A stretch of DNA of 10,726 nt, from NCBI GenBank assembly GCA_029932645.1, contig JAOZPR010000008.1, positions 1 to 10,726 of the forward strand, read 5' to 3'. Below the pieces are notes generated by a model. The model made no database searches. It saw nothing but the letters and a program-made list of their open reading frames with translations, and was not told the origin of the DNA. Positions 5,687-10,726 of this stretch are shown one piece after another (positions within the stretch are counted from its first letter, which is position 1; each line of letters opens with the position of its first letter). Made by a program: the position numbers and the translations under genes. The stretch is from Candidatus Aenigmatarchaeota archaeon (lineage in GTDB: Archaea; Aenigmatarchaeota; Aenigmatarchaeia; GW2011-AR5; JAGGXF01).

Positions 5687-7555
5687 TTATCTAAACCTCA
5701 CCGTTTCTAGGTTGTGCGGTGCCATGGTTTCTGTTTTGATGACCTTGTGCAGAGCGCGCGCGAGCTCCACAGCGCGGGAATTGTCGCCGTGGTCAGTGAG
5801 GATTTTTCTCGGTTTTGTTTTGAGTTTTTTGACAAAGTTTATGAGTTGTGGCTGGTCGCTATGACCAGACAGCCCTTCGACAGTTTGTATCCTCATCTTT
5901 AGTTCCAATGCTTCATTCTTTCCGTTTTTCTCAATAGGTATCTGGCTCCAGCCTTTCTGTATTCTGCTGCCAAGCGTGCCTTCGGCTTGATACCCGACAA
6001 AAATCAAGGTGTTTTTAGGGTCAGAAGCAAACCGCTGGAGATATTGCATGGCAGGTCCACCGACAAGCATTCCAGACGTGGCTATTACGATATAAGGGTC
6101 TTGCTTTTCAAAGATCTGTTCCCTTTCTTTTTGCGAACCTATGGCGTGAAGCCGTTCATCAACAAAAGGATTTTTACCTTGGTGAAGAATCTTACTTCTC
6201 ATGGTACTTGACAAGAACTCAGGATATGCTGTATGTATTGCAGTAGCATCCCACACCATACCGTCAAGATAAATAGGGGCATCTATATCACTTCCTGTTA
6301 TGATAGCCATGACATCCTGAGCACGACCGACAGCAAAAGAAGGTATCAGAACCTTTCCGCCAGCAGCCACAGTTTCCTTGACCGTGTCTATCAACAGTTT
6401 CTCCCCCTCTTTTCTGGGTGGCTGTTTTGCGTCAGCGCTACCGTATGTGGACTCGAGTATAAGCGCTTCGACACGTGTATAGTCAGTTGATGTCGGTTGG
6501 AACAGTGTTGTGGGCGCAAACTTGATGTCGCCACTATACAACACGTTATATAATCCGTCTCCTATATGTACGTGAATAGTAGAAGAGCCAAGCAGATGAC
6601 CAGCATTCTGCAACGTCAACCGCATGTCCGGTGTTACATCAGAAACCTCACCATATTCCAGTGCTATGGAGTGTTTGATAGCCTCTTCTATTCCCCTGGA
6701 GTCGTATGGAGGCTTCTTGTTTTCCCGCTGGCATATTTGTATGTAGTCGAGCTGTAACATGGCTGATAAATCACGCGTCGGCGCTGTTGAATATAAAGGT
6801 CCTTTGTAGCCGTAAGAATAGAGATATGGAATAAGACCGCTATGGTCCATGTGTGCGTGCGACAATACGACAGCATCCAGGTCCTGTATATGGAATTCAG
6901 GCGCTTCCAGATAAGGGAAAGGCTTCTTGGTTGAACCTACTGATATGCCGCAGTCCAAGAGAATACTACTATTATTTGTCTGAAGCAATATACAACTACG
7001 GCCGACCTCGCGGAACCCGCCCAATGCCGTGGCTCGTATCCATTCGACCTCTTTTTTCTCTCCGTATATCTTTTTTCCAAGTTCGTGAAGGAACTTTTTC
7101 CGGTATGCAACCTCTTTGTGCAGCATTTTTCTTATTCTCCGTATGAGTTCAGATTCTATAACACCTGCCCGTTTGATTTGCGGAGTCCAAAGGGTTTTAT
7201 TTTTTATCTCCTTAAGCGTTATACCACTTTTTCCAATGACCAGACCAGGCTTTTCAGCATGAATAATAACCTTACTGAACTCCGGTTCAAAATATATGTC
7301 CTTTACACCAGCCTCTTTTGGTATAATTTCATTTATGGTTTTTTTGCATTGTTCCGGGTCCTTTATTATGCTAGGATCTGCCCTGACTTCTATTCTCTTC
7401 TTGATTTTGTCGACTATTTTTTTAATTGGCTTTGTTGAATTCCTGAAAAATTCCTTGTTCTGTGTGTATAAAATAATTTCACTTGCTTCGTACAGAACTT
7501 CCGATATCATCGCGTCTTTAGGTAGACCTTCTTTTATTTCTTCCAAAATTGTCAT
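5687..7555 (-). CDS. fttA: aCPSF1/FttA beta-CASP ribonuclease with KH domains (transcription termination factor)
   Basis: N-terminal KH domains (KPGLVIGKSG), LGGFREVGRS, LDCG, SHAHMDHSG, AGH.LGS, YSGD, ESTYG, FAVGRAQ, TSGML.GGP, GYQAEGTLG, GLSGHSD and HGD motifs. Conserved adjacency to psmB; ATG 7555 follows an AAGGTG SD. Confidence 0.96.
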   Translation of the reverse strand: MTILEEIKEGLPKDAMISEVLYEASEIILYTQNKEFFRNSTKPIKKIVDKIKKRIEVRADPSIIKDPEQCKKTINEIIPKEAGVKDIYFEPEFSKVIIHAEKPGLVIGKSGITLKEIKNKTLWTPQIKRAGVIESELIRRIRKMLHKEVAYRKKFLHELGKKIYGEKKEVEWIRATALGGFREVGRSCILLQTNNSSILLDCGISVGSTKKPFPYLEAPEFHIQDLDAVVLSHAHMDHSGLIPYLYSYGYKGPLYSTAPTRDLSAMLQLDYIQICQRENKKPPYDSRGIEEAIKHSIALEYGEVSDVTPDMRLTLQNAGHLLGSSTIHVHIGDGLYNVLYSGDIKFAPTTLFQPTSTDYTRVEALILESTYGSADAKQPPRKEGEKLLIDTVKETVAAGGKVLIPSFAVGRAQDVMAIITGSDIDAPIYLDGMVWDATAIHTAYPEFLSSTMRSKILHQGKNPFVDERLHAIGSQKEREQIFEKQDPYIVIATSGMLVGGPAMQYLQRFASDPKNTLIFVGYQAEGTLGSRIQKGWSQIPIEKNGKNEALELKMRIQTVEGLSGHSDQPQLINFVKKLKTKPRKILTDHGDNSRAVELARALHKVIKTETMAPHNLETVRFR

Positions 7556-7576
7556 ATCGCAAAACACCTTTTATTT

Positions 7577-7641
7577 TTTAGTTATTATATTTAGTTATTA
7601 TTCCTAGCTGTTGTCTTTGGTTATTCTTCTTAGTTACTCAA
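7577..7641. repeat. Five degenerate 13-bp tandem repeats between psmB and aCPSF1
   Basis: TTTAGTTATTATA, TTTAGTTATTATT, CCTAGCTGTTGTC, TTTGGTTATTCTT and CTTAGTTACTCAA at 7577, 7590, 7603, 7616 and 7629. Confidence 0.7.
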
Positions 7642-7675
7642 TTAAACCAGATAGAATAATAAAAATCAAAATCAA

Positions 7676-8320
7676 TTATATCTTTTCTATGTCCTTTTCA
7701 TCAACAAATTCAAAGCCCCTTTCTGTTATGCTCGCAACAACTATCTTTTTTCCACCGCTTGCTATGTCCCTTTCTCTAGCAGATTTAATGGATCTGACAG
7801 CGATATTAATGGCGTCTTTTACGCTCAGGTCTGCATGAAAGCTATCCTCAAGTACACCATAAGCAAAAGGAGAACCAGAACCTGTTGAAATGAACTTATC
7901 TTCTATAGATGAACCGTCTGGAAATAGGCTATATAAATGGTAACCGGTTTTGTCCTTTCCGCCGATAAGCATAACAGCCATAAATGGGAAATAACGGTTG
8001 TTGTGCAGCACGTTTCCCAGCAGAGTGCTCACGGCGTTTACTGTTATCTCACCACGGTTCATTTTGTAGAGGTTTATCTCTGCCTTAGTCAGCCTGATCA
8101 ATGCCTGAATATCTCCAACACCACCAGCTGTTGTAACACCAATGAAGTCGTCGATTTGAAATACCTTTTTGACCTCTTTGTGCGCTATCATATAACCCAT
8201 GGTTGCCTTGCTCTCGCTTGCGAGTACAACCCCGTCTCTACACACGATACCAACAGTTGTAGTGCCTGTTTTTAGCACCTCTCTCTGTTTATTATTCATG
8301 TTGTCTAAGTCCATTTTCAC
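7676..8320 (-). CDS. psmB: Proteasome subunit beta
   Basis: Propeptide followed by KTG|TTTVG (Thr1 nucleophile), plus AG.VGD.Q, STGSGSPFAYGVLE and RDIASG. Start is GTG 8320 or ATG 8314. Confidence 0.97.
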   Translation of the reverse strand: MKMDLDNMNNKQREVLKTGTTTVGIVCRDGVVLASESKATMGYMIAHKEVKKVFQIDDFIGVTTAGGVGDIQALIRLTKAEINLYKMNRGEITVNAVSTLLGNVLHNNRYFPFMAVMLIGGKDKTGYHLYSLFPDGSSIEDKFISTGSGSPFAYGVLEDSFHADLSVKDAINIAVRSIKSARERDIASGGKKIVVASITERGFEFVDEKDIEKI

Positions 8321-8456
8321 AACCCCACAACCCTTACAATTATATCTTATAATTTTTTTAGAACATGCTTTGTTTAATTTTTTTATGATAGTAAAGTATT
8401 TAAAATTAAAAACGTGTCTGAAAGCGAATTACGAATTAATAAATCAACATGTCCTA

Positions 8457-9896
8457 TCAATATGCCCGAGCAGCATAGACCACTTTTTTCGCAGGTTTGC
8501 CGCATATTGCGCATTTCTCACCCGGTTTTTCATTGCTCTTGAACACAGGTCCTCTTATCTCTGCGCCTGTGTCATCTTTCAGTTTTTGTGCGCAGTCTTC
8601 TTCATAGCAGAATGATATCTTCACAAGGCCGCCCTGCTTCAGCTTCTCTTTAAGCTCTTTATAGTTTTTGGCCTCACGCAAGTTTTCATCGAAAAATTTC
8701 TTCGCCCTCGCTTTCATATTATCAAAAATGTCTTTCATGATTTCATCTATCTCTTTCTTTGCCTCTCCGTCGCTCACAACAATTCTTTTGCCAGTATCCC
8801 TTCTGACCAGCGTAACCTGTTTTTTGGCCACGTCATCTGGCCCTATTTCGAGCCTCACAGGCACGCCTTTCAGTTCCCACTCATTGAACTTGAATCCTGG
8901 CCTGTAGTTTCTGTTATCAAGCTTAACTCTGAGACACTTACTCAGCTCTGCGCACAGCTCATTTGATTTTTTGATTACATCTTTTTCATGGCCTTTGACA
9001 GATATTGGTATGATTACCACCTGCACCGGTGCCAGTTCAGGAGGAAGCACAAGGCCTTTGTCATCGCCGTGAACAGAGATAACAGCAGACAATATCCTTG
9101 AAACGCCCGGCCCAAAACAGGTCTGATAAGCATACTGCTTTTTCTCGTTCTCATCTACGAATTTTATATCAAAAGGTTTTGAAAACCGCGTTCCTAAATT
9201 GTGGGTAGTCGCAACCTGTGCTGTTTTCCCATCAGGCATTATTGTGTCATATGCATAAGTACCCTCGGCACCAGGAAACTTGTCCCAAGGTGGCCGTTCG
9301 CAAAGTATGAATGGTATTCCCAGCTTTTTCTCGATTACGTCTTCTGTAATTTTCATATCTTCTTCTATCTGCTTTTTGGCATCCTCATTGGTTCTTTGCA
9401 CGGTGTGCGATTCTATCCAGAAGAATTCTCTGCCACGAATCAGCGGTTTTGTCATTTTTGTTTCATATCTATATACTTGGCAGCTTTGGTACAGCTTCAG
9501 GGGCAAATCCTGATACGTACGAATCCATAAAGAGTACATCGGATATATAGCTGTCTCAGACGTTGGTCTTAAGAACAATCTCTCGTCAAGTTTATTCTGA
9601 CCAGCATGCGTTATCCAGAAGACCTCTTTTTCAAAGCTTTTCACGTGCTCCCTTTCTTTTCTGAGACTCGACTCCGGTATAACAACAGGAAATGCAGCAG
9701 GCTCATGCCCGCTCTGCTCGAGACCCTGCTCAAGCATGCTAGTAATCCTCTTAATCATAAATACTGCCCACGGCATATAGACAGGAAACCCCTTCACAGG
9801 GTATCTCTGGTCAAGCAGGCCGGCCTTTTTCACGACCTCAAGATACCACTCACCAAAATCTTTTTTACGCACGGTCATTCCAAGCTCTTCTGACAC
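8457..9896 (-). CDS. proS: Prolyl-tRNA synthetase, archaeal/eukaryotic type
   Basis: F.EWY..V, YPVKG, LRPTSET, DLPLKLYQ, YRYETK.T.PLIR.REF.W.E.HT, HGDDKGLVLPP, PG.KF..WELKGVP.R.EIGP, a C-terminal Cys zinc site and the terminal ARAY. GTG 9896 with an AAGGTG SD is preferred over the hydrophobic extension to 9959. Confidence 0.97.
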   Translation of the reverse strand: MSEELGMTVRKKDFGEWYLEVVKKAGLLDQRYPVKGFPVYMPWAVFMIKRITSMLEQGLEQSGHEPAAFPVVIPESSLRKEREHVKSFEKEVFWITHAGQNKLDERLFLRPTSETAIYPMYSLWIRTYQDLPLKLYQSCQVYRYETKMTKPLIRGREFFWIESHTVQRTNEDAKKQIEEDMKITEDVIEKKLGIPFILCERPPWDKFPGAEGTYAYDTIMPDGKTAQVATTHNLGTRFSKPFDIKFVDENEKKQYAYQTCFGPGVSRILSAVISVHGDDKGLVLPPELAPVQVVIIPISVKGHEKDVIKKSNELCAELSKCLRVKLDNRNYRPGFKFNEWELKGVPVRLEIGPDDVAKKQVTLVRRDTGKRIVVSDGEAKKEIDEIMKDIFDNMKARAKKFFDENLREAKNYKELKEKLKQGGLVKISFCYEEDCAQKLKDDTGAEIRGPVFKSNEKPGEKCAICGKPAKKVVYAARAY

Positions 9897-10029
9897 GACA
9901 AACACCTTATCAACTATAAAGCCAACAATAAGACCTAAAATCTTAATAATAATTAGCACACGCCGATTTAAAAGTTTAATGAAGCAGGTGTATTTTTATA
10001 ATTAAAATAGTGTGACTTTGGGGTATAAA

Positions 10030-10360
10030 ATGCTAAGCAAAAAATCAGACACGCGCTGGACAGCTTTGCTGTTGTTTGTTTTGGGTGCTCTTATAACAGT
10101 CAACATAATACGTTTTAATTATCCGGATTTCACAGCATTGGCAGCATTTTCCTTGCTTGTCGGCGTGGGATTTAATTTATAACAGCTGGACACGGTCTTT
10201 TGAAAAGCAAGAACTGGGCCAAAAAGCTCGCCATTATATTATCCATTCTAAAACTTAGCCAGCTCTCCATTTCGAGCCCGTTCGATACGAACGCCATTCT
10301 GGGTGTTATAATCTTGTTATAATCTATTTGGGCATAATTGTCATGCTGCTTCAGAAATAG
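10030..10360 (+). pseudogene. Frameshifted ~104-aa 4-TM membrane protein
   Basis: Three hydrophobic segments lie in different frames. Removing one copy each of tandem ATTTA (10170-10179) and TGTTATAATCT (10304-10325) restores a single 315-nt ORF containing a GHGLLKSKNWAKKLA motif. TTTATAA box at about 9994-10000. Confidence 0.7.
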
Positions 10361-10366
10361 CTTAGC

Positions 10367-10567
10367 TCATTTCTTCATCTTTCTGACAACACCCAGACCT
10401 TTCTCGGTCAGGTGCCATGAATCCGCCTCATAATAAACGAGTTGCATATGCTTGAGACTTTTCAAGGCCTCAACAACATCGCCAGAGGGTGTCTTGACCT
10501 CTTTAGAAAGCTTCTCAAGCGTTTTCGGTTCTTTCTTCAGCTTTTTCAGAATCTCGCGCATAAGCAT
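10367..10567 (-). CDS. Small winged helix-turn-helix protein
   Basis: 66 aa with pattern IL..L...PKT...LS.......V...L..L....LV......W.LTEKG, typical of ArsR/MarR-like wHTH domains. Confidence 0.75.
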   Translation of the reverse strand: MLMREILKKLKKEPKTLEKLSKEVKTPSGDVVEALKSLKHMQLVYYEADSWHLTEKGLGVVRKMKK

Positions 10568-10632
10568 GTTTTAATTATGCAGGGAAAGTTTTTATGCGTT
10601 TCTAAACTACGACCTTTGAATTAGAAGGAAAA

Positions 10633-10725
10633 TGGGTCCAAGGAGATTTGAACTCCTGTCTGAAGCTCCCTAAGCTCCGATGTTTGCCGTCTCGAAAGAC
10701 TCTAACCAAGCTACACCATGGACCC
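10633..10725 (-). tRNA. tRNA-Pro(AGG) with a 19-nt non-canonical D-arm intron (probably 22/23, 10701-10683)
   Basis: Acceptor GGGTCCA/TGGACCC with A73; spliced D-arm GTGT-AGCTTGGTTA-GCAT; anticodon arm GGAGC-TT AGG GA-GCTTC; 4-nt variable loop; T-arm AGGAG-TTCAAAT-CTCCT. Confidence 0.9.
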
Positions 10726-10726
10726 G

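Noticed and set aside
7577..7641. CRISPR array interpretation of the repeats
   Set aside because: The units are 13 bp, contiguous, lack spacers, and no cas genes are present.
9897..9959. Hydrophobic N-terminal extension on ProRS (membrane-anchored synthetase)
   Set aside because: A strong SD precedes GTG 9896, where the family-like sequence begins. The extension is most likely AT-rich UTR read in frame.
10660..10680. Reading the last tRNA as Leu(TAG)
   Set aside because: The stem GGAGC/GCTTC centres AGG in a 7-nt loop, and the long variable arm expected for Leu is missing.

Overview
Archaeal housekeeping region (gene set and order suggest a reduced DPANN-type genome, an inference). Almost everything is on the minus strand. 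In transcription order: intron-containing tRNA-Pro with an unusual AGG anticodon, small winged-helix protein, proS, psmB, aCPSF1/FttA, a candidate ~96-nt structured leader, intron-containing tRNA-Cys directly fused to cysS, an HTH-MNT/HEPN toxin-antitoxin pair with palindromic operators, a trimmed remnant of the exosome/proteasome superoperon (rpl37ae, small membrane ORF, rpoP, pcc1, pfdB), UPF0147, sepF and an AT-rich surface protein. The only plus-strand gene is a membrane-protein pseudogene broken by two exact tandem duplications. The most notable signals are the A34 tRNA-Pro with a D-arm intron, two cognate tRNA/synthetase pairs within about 7 kb, a possible Cys-codon leader upstream of tRNA-Cys/cysS, and recurrent short tandem repeats in non-coding DNA. 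All calls come from reading motifs by eye; no database searches were run.
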